NCBI RefSeq assembly: GCF_030144855.1
Contig: NC_082724.1
Coordinates: 24,118,001 to 24,182,000 of the forward strand
Reading direction: 5' to 3'
DNA length: 64,000 bases
Source of the DNA: Hypanus sabinus
Lineage: Eukaryota
Positions 48,812-62,354 of the stretch are shown piece by piece (within the stretch, counting starts at the first letter, position 1; every line of letters starts with the position of its first letter). Below the pieces are notes generated by a model, which did not search any database, was not told the DNA's origin, and saw only the letters and a list, made by a program, of their open reading frames with translations. The translations under genes and the position numbers were made by a program.

Positions 48812-51434
48812 CTTGTTGCCTCCAGGTGCTAGGGTCCGGGACATCTTGGATCAAGTCCTCAGTATTAAGTAGGATGGTGAACAGCCAGAGGTCATGGCCC
48901 ATATAGCTACCAAAGACAAAGATAGGAAGAGTGATGATGTTCTGCAAAGTGAGTTCAGGGAGTTAGGTGCCAAGTTAAAGGACGCTATCGCTATCTATGC
49001 TACATGCTAGTGAGGCCAGAAATAGGAAGATTATTCAGTTTAACATGTGTCTAAGGAATTGGTGTAGGAGTGCATATGATTTTTGGATAATTGGGCTCTC
49101 TTCCAGGGAAGGTGAGACCTGTACAGGAAGGATGGTTTGCACCTGAAGTGGAGAGGGACGAATATCCTAGCAGAAAGGTTTGCAATTGCTGCGGGGGTGG
49201 GGTTAAACTAAAGTCACAGGGAGAATGGGAATCAGAGGGCCAGAAATGATAATGAAGAGGTTGTGGAGACATTTTTTTGCTAAGATCTCAAAGTCAGAAA
49301 TCAAAAGGTTGAGCAAGGTGTGACCAATGTTCTGAGCTGCGTATATTTCAATGCAAGTAGTATTGTATGCTCAGGGCATGGATCATCACAAGGAATTATA
49401 ATATTGTAGCTATTAGTGAGATGGTTGCAGGAGGGGTAGCTGACAGCTCATTATTCTGTGGTTGTGTTGTTTTCGACACAACAGAACAAGAGCGATTGAA
49501 GGTGGCATTAATAGTCAGCGAAAATGTCACTGCAGTGCTTAGTTAGGACAGCCTGGAGAACTCATCTAGTCAGGCTTTACAGGAACTGATAAATAAGAAA
49601 GGTAGGTCCACATTAATGCGATTATATTATAGACTACCCAGTCTGCGGGAGTTACAAAATGAAATTTGCAACGAGATCGCAGACTTGCAAGAAACATAAG
49701 GTTATTTTATTTGGTGATTTTAATTTTCCACATATTGATTGGGTTTCTCATACTGTAAAAGGACTAGATAGAATAGAGGTTTCTCAATGTGTTCAGGAAA
49801 GTTTCCTTAATAAGTACATAGAAGTCCCAACAAGAGAGTGTGATACTTGATCTACTATTAGGGAATGAGACAGGGTAGGTGACAGAAGTTTGTCTAAGTG
49901 AACATTTTGCATCTAGTGATCACATCGATTTCCAAGTAAATATGGAAAAACATAGATCTGGTCGGCAGGTTGAGATTCTAAATTGGGGAAAGGCCAATTT
50001 TGATGGTATCAAAGGATCTGGCAAGTGTGGACTGGGACAGGCTGTTTCCAGCAAAGGTGTACTTGGTTAATGGGAGGCCGTCAAAAATGACATTTTGAGT
50101 GTACAAAACTTGTATATGTCTGTCAGAATAAAAGGTAAAGGTAATAGGTTTAGGGAACCTTGGTTTTCAAGAGATGTTGAGGCCCTGGTTAAGAAAAGAA
50201 AAAAGGTGAACAGCAGGTATAGGCAATAGGAAAAAAATAAGGTGCTTATGGAGTATAATTAATGCAAGAGAACACTTAAGAAATCAGGAGGGCCAAAAGA
50301 AGGCGTGAGGTTGCCCTAGCAGACAAAATGAAGGAGAATCCTAAGGGATTCTACAGATATGTTGAGCAAAAGGATTGCAAGGGACAAAATTGGTTCCCTG
50401 GAAGATCAGAATGGTAATCCATGTGTGGAGTCAATAGAGATGGGGTGGGGGGGGGGGGGGAAGGCTGATCTTAAATGAAATTTTTGCATCTGTATTTCCT
50501 CAGGAGATAGACACAGCCTATAGGAGAGAGGCAAATCAAGAGCAATGTCAGAGACCTTACATAGATTACAAAGGTATTTGCTGTCTTGAGGCAAATTAGG
50601 GTGGATAAATCCCCAGTGCATGATAAAATGTTCCCTTAGACCCTGGGTGAGGCAAAAAAAGCAGAAGCCCTGTGAGAGAAAATTAAAATCACCCTTAGTG
50701 ACAGGTGAGGTACTGGAGGATAGCTAATGCAGCTCCACTATTTAGGAAAGGCTCCAAAAATAAACCAGAAAATTATATGGACCTGATATATGAGTACTGT
50801 ATTTGGATAGACAGGCATCAATTAGGGATAGTCAGCATGGCTTTGTGCATAGTAGGTCATCTCTAACCAATCTTATAGACATTTTTCGAGGCAGTTACCA
50901 GGAAAGTCAATGAAGGCAAGATTGTGGATGTTGACTATGTGAACTTCAGCACGGCATTTGGTAAGGTCCTTCAAGGGAGGCACGTCAAGAAGGTTTAGTC
51001 ACTTGGCATTCAAGATGAGGTAGTAGATTGGATTAGACATTGGGTTTGTAGAAGCTGGAAAGTGGTGGTAGATGGTTACCTCTGACTGGAGGCCTGTGAC
51101 CAGTCAACTGCTGCAGGGATCAGGGTTGGGTCCATTGTTATTTGTCATCTGTATGCTAATGTGGTTAATATATTAGCAAATTTGCAGATGACACCAAGAT
51201 TTGGGGTGCAATGAACAGTGAGGAAGACCATCAAAACTTACAGCAGCATCTGGACCAGATGGAAAAATGGCAGATGGAATTCAATGCAGACAAATGCAAG
51301 GTGCTGCACTTTGATAGGCTCAAAGCATCAAACAAGGTAGATCTTGCACAGTGAACGGTAGGCACTGAGGAGTGTGGTAGAAAAGCAGGATCTGGGAATA
51401 CAGGCCCATACTTCATTGAAAGTGGCAGCACAAG

Positions 51435-53907
51435 TAGAAACATAGAAACTAGGTGCAGGAGTAGGCCATTCGGCCCTTCGAGCCTGCACCACCATTCAGT
51501 ATGATCATGGCTGATCATCCAACTCAGAACCCTGTACCTGCTTTCTCTCCATACCCCCTGATCCCTTTAGCCACAAGGGCCATATCTAACTTCCTCTTAA
51601 ATATAGCCAATGAACCGGCCTCAACTGTTTCCTGTGGCAGAGAATTCCACAGATTCACCACTCTCTGTGTGAAGAAGTTTTTCCTCATCTCGGTCCTAAA
51701 AGGCTTCCCCTTTATCCTTAAACTGTGACCCCTCGTTCTGGACTTCCCCAACATCGGAATCAACCTTCTTGTATCTAGCTTGTCCAATCCCTTTAGAATT
51801 TTATACGTTGCAATAAGATCCCCCCCCACCCAATCTTCTAAATTCCAGTGAGTATAAGCCTAGTTGATCCAGTCTTTCTTCATATGAAAGTCCTGCCATC
51901 CCAGGAATCTGGTGAACCTTCTCTGTACTCCCTCTATGGCAAAAATGTCTTTCCTCAGATTAGGGGACCAAAACTGCACACAATATTCTAGGTGCAGTCT
52001 CACGAAGGCCTTGTACAACTGCAGTAGAACCTTCCTGCACCTGTACTCAAATCCTTTTGCTATGAATGCCAACATACCATTTGCCTTTTTCACCGCCTGC
52101 TGTACCTGCATGCACACCTTCAATGACTGGTGAACAATGACACCCAGGTCTCGTTGCACCTCCCCTTTTCCTAATCGGCCACCATTCAGATAATCAGCTG
52201 TTATCCTATTCTTGCAACCAAAGTGGATAACCTCACATTTATCCACATTAAATTGCATCTGCCATGAATTTGCCCACTCACCTTACCTATCCAAGTCACC
52301 CTGCATCCTCTTAGCATCCTCCTCACAGCTAAAACCGCTGCCCAGCTTCGTGTCATCTGCAAACTTGGAGATGCTACATTTAATTCCCTCGTCTAAATCA
52401 TTAATATATATTGTAAACAACTGGGGTCCCAGCATTGAGCCACTAGTCACTGCCTGCCATTCTGAAAAGGTCCTGTTTACTCCCACTCTTTGCTCCCTGT
52501 CTGCCAACCAATTCTCTATCCACATCAATACCATACCGCCAATACCGTGTGCTTTAAGTTTGCACACTAATCTCCTGTGTGCGACCTTGTCAAAAGCCTT
52601 TTGAAAATCTAAATATACCACATCCACTGGCTCTCCCCTATCCACTCTACTAGTTACATCTTCAAAAAATTCTATAAGATTCGTCAGACATGATTCTCCT
52701 TTCACAAATCCATGCTGACTTTGTCTGATGTTTTCACCTCTTTCCAAATGTGCTGTTCTCACATCTTTGATAACCGACTCTAGCATTTTCCCTACCACCA
52801 ATGTCAGACTCACCGGTCTATAATTCCCCAGTTTTTCTCTCCCTCCTTTTTTAAAAAAGTGAGGATTCCTCCAATCCTCAGGAACTAATCCAGAATCTAA
52901 GGAGTTTTGAAAAATTATCATTAATGCATCCACTATTTCTTGGGCTACTTCCTTAAGCACTCTGGGATGCAGACCATCTAGCCCTGGGGATTTATCTGCC
53001 TTTAATCCCTTTAATTTACCTAACACCACTTCCCTACTAACATGTATTTCCCTCAGTTCCTCCATCTTACTAGGCCCTCGGTCCCTTACTATTTCTGGAA
53101 GATTATTTATGTCCTCCTTAGTGAAGAAAGAACCAAAGTAGTTATTCAATTGGTCTGCCATGTCTTTGTTCCCTATGATCAATTCACCTGTTTGACTGTA
53201 AAGGACCTACATTTGTCTTGACCAATCTTTTTCTTTTCACATATCAATAAAAGCTTTTACAGTCAGTTTTTATGTTCCCTGCCAGCTTTCTCTCATAATC
53301 TTTTTTCCCTTTCCTAATTAAGCCCTTTGTCCTCCTCTGCTGGTCTCTGAATTTCTCCCAGTCCTCAGGTGTGCTGCTTTTTTTTTGCTGATTTATGTTT
53401 CTTCTTTGGACTTGATACTGTCCCTAATTTCCCTTGTCAGCCACGGGTGCACTACCTTTCCTGGTTTATTCTTTTATCAAACTGGAATGAACAATTGTTG
53501 TAGTTCATCCATGCGATCTTTAAATACTTGCCATTGCATATCCACCGTCAATCCTTTAAGTATCATTTGCCAGTCTATCTTAGCTAATTCACATCTCATA
53601 CCTTCAAAGTTACCCTTCTTTAAGTTCAGAACCTTTGTTTCTGAATTAACTATGTCACTCTCCATCTTAATGAAGGATTCCACCATATTATGGTCACTCT
53701 TACCCAAGGGGCCTCGCACGACAAGATTGCTAACTAACCCTTCCTCATTGCTCAATACCCAATCTAGAATGGCCTGCTCTCTAGTTGGTTCCTTGACATG
53801 TTGGTTCAGAAAACCATCCCACATACATTCCAAGAAATCCTCTTCCTCAGCACCCTTACCAATTTGGTTCACCCAATCTATATGTAGATTGAAGTCACCC
53901 ATTATAA
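51435..53907 (-). mobile_element. Younger 5'-truncated CR1 LINE nested in the older CR1
   Basis: Long ORF2 pieces (MGDFNL, KSPG.DGLHPRVLKE, YLDFQKAFDKV, SKFADDTKL); (GTTTCTAT)n 3' end at 51435-51449. Confidence 0.92.
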
Positions 53908-55186
53908 TAGGGTTGTAATAGGTTGTAAGGTAGATAGGGTTGTAAAGAAAGCTTTTGGGACATTGGCCTTCATAAATCAAAGTATTGAGAACAGAAGGTG
54001 GGCTGTTATGTTGAAGTTGTACAAGATGCTGGTGAGGTCTAACTTGAAGTATTGTGTGCAGTTTTGGTCACCTATTCAAGTCAAATCAAGAAATAAAATT
54101 AATTAAATTCAATTCTATATCCAGGAACAATGTAAACGAGGTTGAAAGAGTACAGAGAAAATTTACAAGGATGTCACTGGAACATGAGGATCTGAGTTAT
54201 CAGGAAAGATTGAATAACTCAGAACTTTATTCCTTAGAACATAATAGATTGAGGGGAGATTTGATAGAGGAAACAAAATTATGAAGGGTACAGATAGAGT
54301 AAATGCAAGCAGGCTTTTCCCACTGATGTTGGGTAGGACTACAAATAGAGGTCATGGGTTAAGGTGAAAGGTGGAAATTCTAAGGGGAACATGAGGGGAA
54401 ACATCTTCACTCAGAGGGTTGAGAGTGTGGAATGAACTGCCAGTGTAAGTGGCGCATGTGAGCTTGATTGCAACACTTAAAAGAAGTTTGGATAGGTACA
54501 TGGAAGAAAGGGCTGTGGTCCTGTTGCAGGTTGAAGCAAGTAGACAGTTGAAATGGTTTGGCATGAACTAGATGGGCCAAAGGGTCTGTTTCTGTCCTGC
54601 ACTTTTCTATGACAATGACAATAGCAAGGAAATAATTTAAACTGCATAACCGCAAAAATGTATGGCTGCAGGAAGAGTCAGAGGAGGACGCAGTGATGGC
54701 AAGCAGCTCATGCACATCATTTCATTATTGAAGGTCTGCTAAGTAATTTTCTGTTCACTGCCAAGTATTGTAAAACAAAACTAAACACATCCAATATTAC
54801 ATAAAGCACTTGCCACCTCTCATATAAACAATGAATTGTGACAGAAATGTTATTCCTATCAACGGGCAAATCCCAACTATACTCCAAATCTTCAGGACTG
54901 GATTCACGTTTGCCACTTCTACCTACCAACACCAAATACGCTGTGGACATGACGTCAATCTCAAAGTATTTCAGATTAAAAGCATCACAATCTCAGATTA
55001 TGAACTACAGATTAATGTGTCAATACTGCTGAACTTTCAGACATCTGACACATTCATCAAAAACCTGCATCTTGCAGAAATTTCCAAAAATGTATAATGG
55101 ATCTCTATTTATAATGATACAATTTGTACAGAAGGAAACAAATGGCAAAACATGGAGATTGCAAATGAAACTATCCATAAGTCTCA

Positions 55187-55486
<300 letters not shown>

Positions 55487-57079
55487 TTAAAAAATAAACA
55501 CTGTCCAAATTTGGCTGTAATTCAAGACTAGTCTTTATTAGGAATGACTCAATAAAGACAATAGAAGTCCATTCTCTGGAATGGCTTGCTGACAGATGCA
55601 GGTCTAATATTCTTTCATTAACCTCACTCTTGAATAAGCTGCAAAAAGTTTAAATTTACTAATTCATTGCACAAGATGATTGTTAACAGTTTACAAATTA
55701 ACTTGCCACCATAAATTAAGACGTGAGCTCCAACTTAAATAATTATTGTGGCTGAAGACTCATGAAATAGTAAACACATATCACTTAATTTTGATTCCAT
55801 GTGGTTGACATTGCTATCTGTGGTAGCACACTTATTTTACCAAATGTGTAATGGATATTCAGTTCAACCCTTCCCAACGAGCATAATTATTTTTTTAATT
55901 GTAGGCTTGGACATCAAATGCAGTCTACTCCCAAAATGCTCCAAATGCATCATGGCTAAACTGGCCCAGCTCAATTTGAGTCAGTGAATAGCAGATGTGT
56001 CAGGAAGTGCCCACAGCTTCTGCAAGAAGGGAGGGCAAATACAGGTGTCAATTTCAAAGCTGACTCAGTATCAGAAGCTAAACATGAATATGAAATGTTG
56101 CCTAGGAATGAAGAGTTCTATATCTAGTTTCAGGTTTTCCTTAAGAGCAGGTTATGATATCCAATAAATTCCTAGTTTTACCTGGTGTCAGAAGAGTTTT
56201 GTGGGTCGGGCAAAGCCTGTTTCAGATATCTAATAATTTAATAAGGGCATGTTTTACAAATTTAAGTTTAAAATTTGCTTCAACGCTATGCATCCTAAGG
56301 GAAGTCTGCAAAGGACAGTCGGTGAAGTATTCAGTAAGAGAACAAAGGGCACATGTTGCTTTAGATGGTGAAGTATTTTCTCAGGTGTCTGTTTTCCTTT
56401 TTGCCATAAACAGGAAACATTCAGCAAATATTCCCCCCCCCCCCAAATCAGGGAACATTAGCCTGGGGGTCCACTTCAATTTTACTTAGATGGAGTGACA
56501 ACGGGGTGAACAAGGGCATCCACCTAAATATGACTGACTCCATAGGCCAAATGGCTTCTTGTTGGAAGAGTAGAAGTAATAGAAGAGTAACGTGGGCATT
56601 TAATATTATTCCCTGTAGCAAGGCTAAAATGATTTGACTTTCAATGCGTAGTTTCAAGAAATTAAAAGTTATTTAGGACACATAGGATGGACACAGAAAA
56701 TAGAGAGGGAAGGGAAAGAGAAAGAGGTGTAGAGTCTACAAAAAGACATGTATTATTTTAGAGTGTAGTGACCCTCGGTCTGAGTTCTCTTGTCTTTACA
56801 CAACCTAGACTTGAAAAAAATCCACTCCCAGCTGACATTAAATGTAGCAGTCTCACGGCTACAGAATAATGCCTGCTTCTGGGCGCTTCTCTGAAAAAGG
56901 GCAGTACTAATCATCAAAGCAAAACCTGTGTAACGAACGCAGAAGCGACACCATCTCGAGTGCTGAAATGACACAGAGGAACGTCAGCTTGGTTTCCTCC
57001 CTTCCGAAACAGGTTCTGCCCGACCCACGAAACTCTTCTGACACCAGGTAAAACCAGGAAATGAAAGGAGAGGCGTGAA

Positions 57080-57680
57080 GGGGGAACGTGGCAGCTAGCA
57101 ACCTGACATTTCCGACAGGGAGGGAGCGGGGGTTTCAGCAATTCCGAGCCGGACTCTCACCGGGCGCCCCCCTCCCACCCCCGGTAACCCGCACCCGCTC
57201 AGGTGAGCGGCCGGGTAGGGTGTCGAAAGGAGGCGGCTCCCCTACCCCCAGAGGGGAGGAGGAGGGGCAGATAACCGAGACACCGGGCAGTCCGTCCCCC
57301 GGCTCTGCCGAAGCAGAAACTGCGGAGTTACCCCCCCCCCCCCCCCCCCGGGGCCGGGCACCTTCCAGCCCCGCTGAACAATGGGACCTCAAGCACCCCA
57401 GCGCGGAACTCGCCGCTTCCGAACGGATGGCGTGAAGGCCGGCAACTCACCCATGAGTATCCTGACCTGCCTCTTGCCGAAGAGGTTCTTCACGAATTGG
57501 GACAGAGTGAGACCCATAGCTGCGCCGGCCGAGCGACCGCTTCCACTGGCCCAGCTCGCGCTCTGCCACGTCACGGCCGCCGCGAGCTGCGTGACGTCAC
57601 GGCCGCCCCAGCGCCCTGAAATTGACCAACCAGGAAGTTGCCGGGACTTTCACAAGTTGTGGCCGATGCCGCAGATAATT
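57080..57680 (-). promoter_or_regulatory. ARF4 CpG-island promoter with CRE/UPRE, ETS and kB-like motifs
   Basis: GTGACGTGGC (minus strand) 57565-57574; palindromic GTGACGTCAC 57591-57600; CAGGAAGT 57631-57638; GGGACTTTCA 57643-57652. Confidence 0.75.
57451..57517 (-). CDS. ARF4: ARF4 exon 1 (start)
   Basis: MGLTLSQFVKNLFGKRQVRILM; myristoylation Gly2; 67 nt; donor gtgagt. Class II ARF exon sizes 67/81/110/72/126/87 give 180 aa. Position between PDE12 and DENND6A supports ARF4. Confidence 0.93.
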
Positions 57681-57842
57681 GAACGGCTAAATTTAACATT
57701 CTTTTGATTTAGGAATGTTTTGTGCATTTTAATGCTATTCGCATGGCCTTTCCTTTTTCTTTTGCTTTACCGTTTGATCTCCCCGTGATTGTTACAGTCA
57801 CTTTTCTGCTTAGAAAGGTGAAAAAGGATTGAAATGATGACC

Positions 57843-57972
57843 AAACACGAGGAAATCTGCAGATGCTGGAAATTCAAACACACACAAAATGCTGGTGGAA
57901 CACAGCAGGCCAGGCAGCATCTATAAGGAGAAGCACTGTCGACGTTTCGGGCCGAGACCTTTCGTCAGGACG
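57843..57972. mobile_element. Penelope-like terminal repeat fragment common in chondrichthyans
   Basis: tctgcagatgctggaaat..acacacaaaatgctgg..gtcgacgtttcgggccgagacc. Related copies at about 4075-4120, 7710-7865, 39470-39545, 40490-40580 and 60410-60535. Confidence 0.6.
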
Positions 57973-58055
57973 ATCTTATCTCAGTACAATAATATATTTA
58001 CTCCGTGTCGGTCTTTTTGGGAAATTAGCCATTTGGTCGTCTTCCTTGTGTGATA

Positions 58056-58128
58056 GCCCGTCTAACTCAGTCGGTAGAGCATGGGACTCTTAATCCCAGG
58101 GTCGTGGAATCGAGACTCACGTTGGGCG
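58056..58128 (+). tRNA. tRNA-Lys(CTT), probably a pseudogene
   Basis: 73 nt GCCCGTCTAACTCAGTCGGTAGAGCATGGGACTCTTAATCCCAGGGTCGTGGAATCGAGACTCACGTTGGGCG. Matches vertebrate tRNA-Lys-CTT except about 6 substitutions, including the T-loop/B-box (GTTCGA to AATCGA). Confidence 0.85.
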
Positions 58129-59064
58129 TTGATTTATTTAGGCTGACTGCCTATTTTTTCATTGATTCGTGGCTGATAGGCAAAGATCAGCATTATTTCA
58201 CCACCCCTAATTAAATCTGAGCTACTGCTGTAATCCATTTAATGAAGATCTCGTAAAATATATTATGGAGTTCTGAAGCATTGGATTAGAAAGGATAAAG
58301 GAACCGAGGCAAAATTGTAAATCATAATAGTGTGTGACAGGGAATAGAAATAATAGGAGCTGGCAGTGTGCAAGAGATTCTCAACCCATTTTCAGCTCCT
58401 TGATATTTCTGTCGAACATGATTCTGAACCACTCTTTGTTTCAACAGTGTATCTCTTTTCCATGACCGATGTTTACCTTGAATATTCTCCGTAATTATTC
58501 ACTGCGATGTTTTTTTCCTCTTAAATTAGTTTAATAAGAAGTACAGTGAGTCTAGGGAGACCAGGATAGAGTGGGTGATGTGACTAAAGCCTCGGGAGAA
58601 AATTCTAATCTGAGATGGATTTACAGAAGGAAAAGAGCCCTTGGATACTTTCACGGGGAGACTAGTGACAAGGGTTACTTATTACTGGGCTTCACTGGAG
58701 AGAAAGTCTAGGGAAATGGGGACCACAGGGGTAGAGATGAAGGGTGGGCTAGATGAGGATGGATGGATGGATTTTGAGTGTTAGAACATGACAACAGAGG
58801 GATGTGAGAGTTAACCAGGATGGATTCATGAGGGCACAATACTTTCTAGTGAATTAGATTCACCTGAAGTGATATTGACTGTAATAAGATTCACTAATGT
58901 GGGATGGTTCAACTAGCTGTGTGGAATGGGAGTAAGTAGTGGGGATGGGGGTAGTGTTCTAGACTATCATGTGATAGATTAATTCAGTACTGAATTGTTG
59001 TGCCAAGATAGCTTTTCGAGCTATAATCCTGCTGGCAGTTGAAAGGGATATTGTGTTGGATGGA

Positions 59065-60050
59065 CTTTACAGTATTGGGACCACCTCTTTTCACATTGCA
59101 TGTCAGTGAATTAGATGATGTAACTGTTGGCTTTGTGGCAAAGTTTGTGGATGATACAAAGATAGGTGGAGGGGTAGATAGTGATGATGTAGCAGGACTT
59201 AGACAAATTGAACGCATGGGCAAAAAAGTGGCAGATGGAACACGCTGTTGGGAAATGTACAATAATATATTTTGGTAAAAGGAACAATAGTACGGACTAT
59301 TATTTAAATATGGAGAAAATTCAAGCATCAGAGGTGCAGAGGGACTTCATGCCAGACTCGCAGAAGGTTCATTTACAGTCTGTGGTAAACGTGGCAAATG
59401 CAACGTTGGCATTTATTTAAAGGGAAATAGAATATAAAATCAAGGAGATAATGCTGAGCCTTTATAAGACACTAGTCAGGCTGCAGTTAGAGCATTGTCA
59501 ACAGTTTTGGGCCCCATATCTCAGGAAGGAAGTGTTGTCATTGGAGAGAGTCCAGAGGAGGTTCACAAGGATGATCCCAGGAATGAAGGGGGTAACACAT
59601 GAGGAGCATTTAGCAGCTTTGGACCTGTACTCACTGGAATTTAGAAGAATGTGGGGGTGGGGTGGGTGGGATCTCATTGCAACCTACCAAATGTTGAAAG
59701 GACTAGATAGGGTGGATGTGGAGGGAATGTTTCCTATGGTAGGGGTATCCAGAACTAGAAGGCACAGCCTCAAAATTGAGAGGGCGACCTTTCAGAACCG
59801 AGGTAAGGAGGAATTTTTTTAGCCAGAGCATAGCAACTCTGTGGAATGCTCTGCCACAGACTGCAGTGGAGGCCAAGTCCATGGGTCTATTTAAGGCGGA
59901 AGTTGGTTTCCTGATTGGTCAGGCATCAAAGGATATGGCAAGAAGTCAGGTGTATGGGGTTGAGTGGGATCCGAGATCAGCCATGATGGAATGGTGGAGT
60001 AAACTCGATGGGCCGAACAGCCTAATACTGCTGCTCTGTCTTATGGTCAT
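59065..60050 (+). mobile_element. CR1 LINE 3' fragment
   Basis: VLGP.LFT...AKFVDDTKIGG and LERVQRRFTRMIPGMKG motifs; CR1 3' hairpin region. Confidence 0.85.
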
Positions 60051-62354
60051 CTACAGTTAATTTAAGTGGAGACATAAGTAGGTGCTTTACACTAAGATTA
60101 ATTTGGTGAAGAGCTGTTCTGCAATTTATTTGCAGCAAGGGTGACTTAAAAATGCAAAAGAAAATTGTAAACTGGACATGAAATTTCAGCTGGACTCACA
60201 CTAAACAAATTTGTTAGTTAATGAAATGTGAGGCTAGGCAATGTTTTTCAAAGGACCAATCAAACAAAAAACAAAATCAAACAAGAAATAAATTGATAAA
60301 ATATATTAAAAGGCTTATAATGAACTTAATAACTTGTGAATAGGCTTAGTTAATTTTAATTTATCTGAACTACCCACGTGCAACCATTTGATAATAAACA
60401 TTAAAATTCCTGCCAAAGGGTCTTGACCTGAAATGTCGACTGTGCTTTTTCCATAGATACTACCTGGCCTGCTGAGCTCCTCCAGCATTTTGTGTGTACT
60501 GCTTGGATTTCCAGCATCTGCAGATTTTCTCATTTCCAAAAGTTTAACAAGGCCTTGAAATTAATCTCATTACATTATTTCATCTAAAATTGACTCAGCT
60601 ACATGTCTTTACATGCTGTCAAAGCAATCCAGTTCATTGTTAAGAATTACATACGTAGAATTCTGATGACGTCCTGAAACTCAACATACTCTTTGTTACG
60701 ATTTGGGATCAATTATTTTACAATAAGTGCCAATTCGTTGCATCCTGTTGTGGAACAATCAAAACCAAGAGAAGGAATTTACAGAGACTGGAAGACTATC
60801 TATTCTGGTACACAGTATTTCTCAATATTTGGGTTTTGAGTGACTTTGATGAACAGGGGAAAAAAGATACAATTTTGCTCTCAAATAAAATATTAAGATG
60901 TTCACCTCATTCCATGTATGAAATAACTGCCTTAGTTTCTAACTCATTGTAGTAATTGCACTGGTAGTAGGTGTTTTAAATTCCTAGAGAAGGTGCAAAA
61001 TAATAAGGCTTCTTTATTTAAAGATAAAGGTATAACTTGGTTGTTTCCATAATAGTAAAACAAAATCATAGATTTAAAAGAAAAACACACATGCTACTAG
61101 GAATATGTTTGTACTCTTCCACCGAGTTATGTTTATGCAAGTTGTGTTTTTCCAAAATAAATGACCAGAAGACTGAATTATGGCATGTGCTTATTAAATA
61201 GCAAGTGCTTTAATAGTTTCACACAAAACATATACAGTATATTAGATAGAAAACTTAATTGCAAGGGAAATCAAATGTAACCTCTCCAGATGGAAATGCA
61301 AAATATGGAAGTCTATGATAAGATAAATTGAGCTGAAAGAATACACTTGGATGGTAATTGAGGTAGTTGGCAGCGTTTCATTTTTCTGGGTTATTGATCC
61401 ATAATTTTGGATTTATAATATTATGCATGCACACACACACCTATATTTGTGGATGAACCTTTGGATATATGCAAACCAAAGTCCCAGTTTCTAGATGTGA
61501 ATGTTGAAAAGTATTCTGAAAGAACAGCAGATAATTCTGTGCTCATGATTCTTCCATAAAAGCAGCTGCTATTCAAATATTGTGTTGCTGTTTCTTCAAT
61601 ATTTGATGGTGCATAAGAATAGTATGCATTTGCTAATGCACTTTTATAATACGCCATGAGGGAGCAAATCCAGGTTTCAAATATTTGTCAACAAAACACG
61701 CAAAATGTATTAAAAATAGTGCAAAGTTTATTAGAAATTTTGTAGAGTTGACTTAATGCTTTGGTAAAAACAATGCTTGGTCATTCTGGTGTTGACCAAA
61801 GTATGCTTGTGAATATCCTGATTTCATTCTTAAAAGTTAAACCGCATTTAAATACAAATACTCATAATTCTACAAATTAGTAATATCTTTTCATATGAGA
61901 ATAGACATTTATATAAAAGTGTAAGTAAATTAAAATATGCATTTGAGCAAATAACCAGTGCTGACCTTTGCACAGATTTTATATGAATACCTAGTCTGCA
62001 TTACAAACATTAGTAGTAAAACTTCCCTCCATTATTATCCACTGGAAGTACAATACAGACACCAAGCTTATTACTTGGCACCACATTGTGAAACTTGATT
62101 GTTAAAATAATCAGAAGCATTTCAAACACATACACACTCAGTTTAAACAGTGATTTGTTAGTTTGTTCTACTTCATTGCTATCCCATGGATTATACTCAT
62201 CCTGATGAATCTTATGAAGAGGCTATATTCTTCATTCCACTTGGTCTTTCCACTTTCCAAAGTTATTTTTCTTCCCACGTTATTTTCAGTACTATCTGGA
62301 ATGTGTATTTGTGCTCGTTCTAGTTAAACGCCTTTAAGAGGAAGCGTACAAAGA

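Larger units (their letters stand above)
47450..54610 (+). mobile_element. Near full-length degenerate CR1 LINE (host of two nested insertions)
   Basis: Putative 5'UTR with CCAAT boxes at about 47450-47690. ORF1 esterase remnant from 48812, EN (GDFNFP.IDW) at about 49710, RT to 51434. Resumes at 53929 and runs to a 3' tail at about 54610. Confidence 0.8.

Noticed and set aside
57088-57707. Several 60-115 aa ORFs in the ARF4 CpG island
   Set aside because: GC-rich open frames; only 57451-57517 fits the ARF protein and splice pattern.
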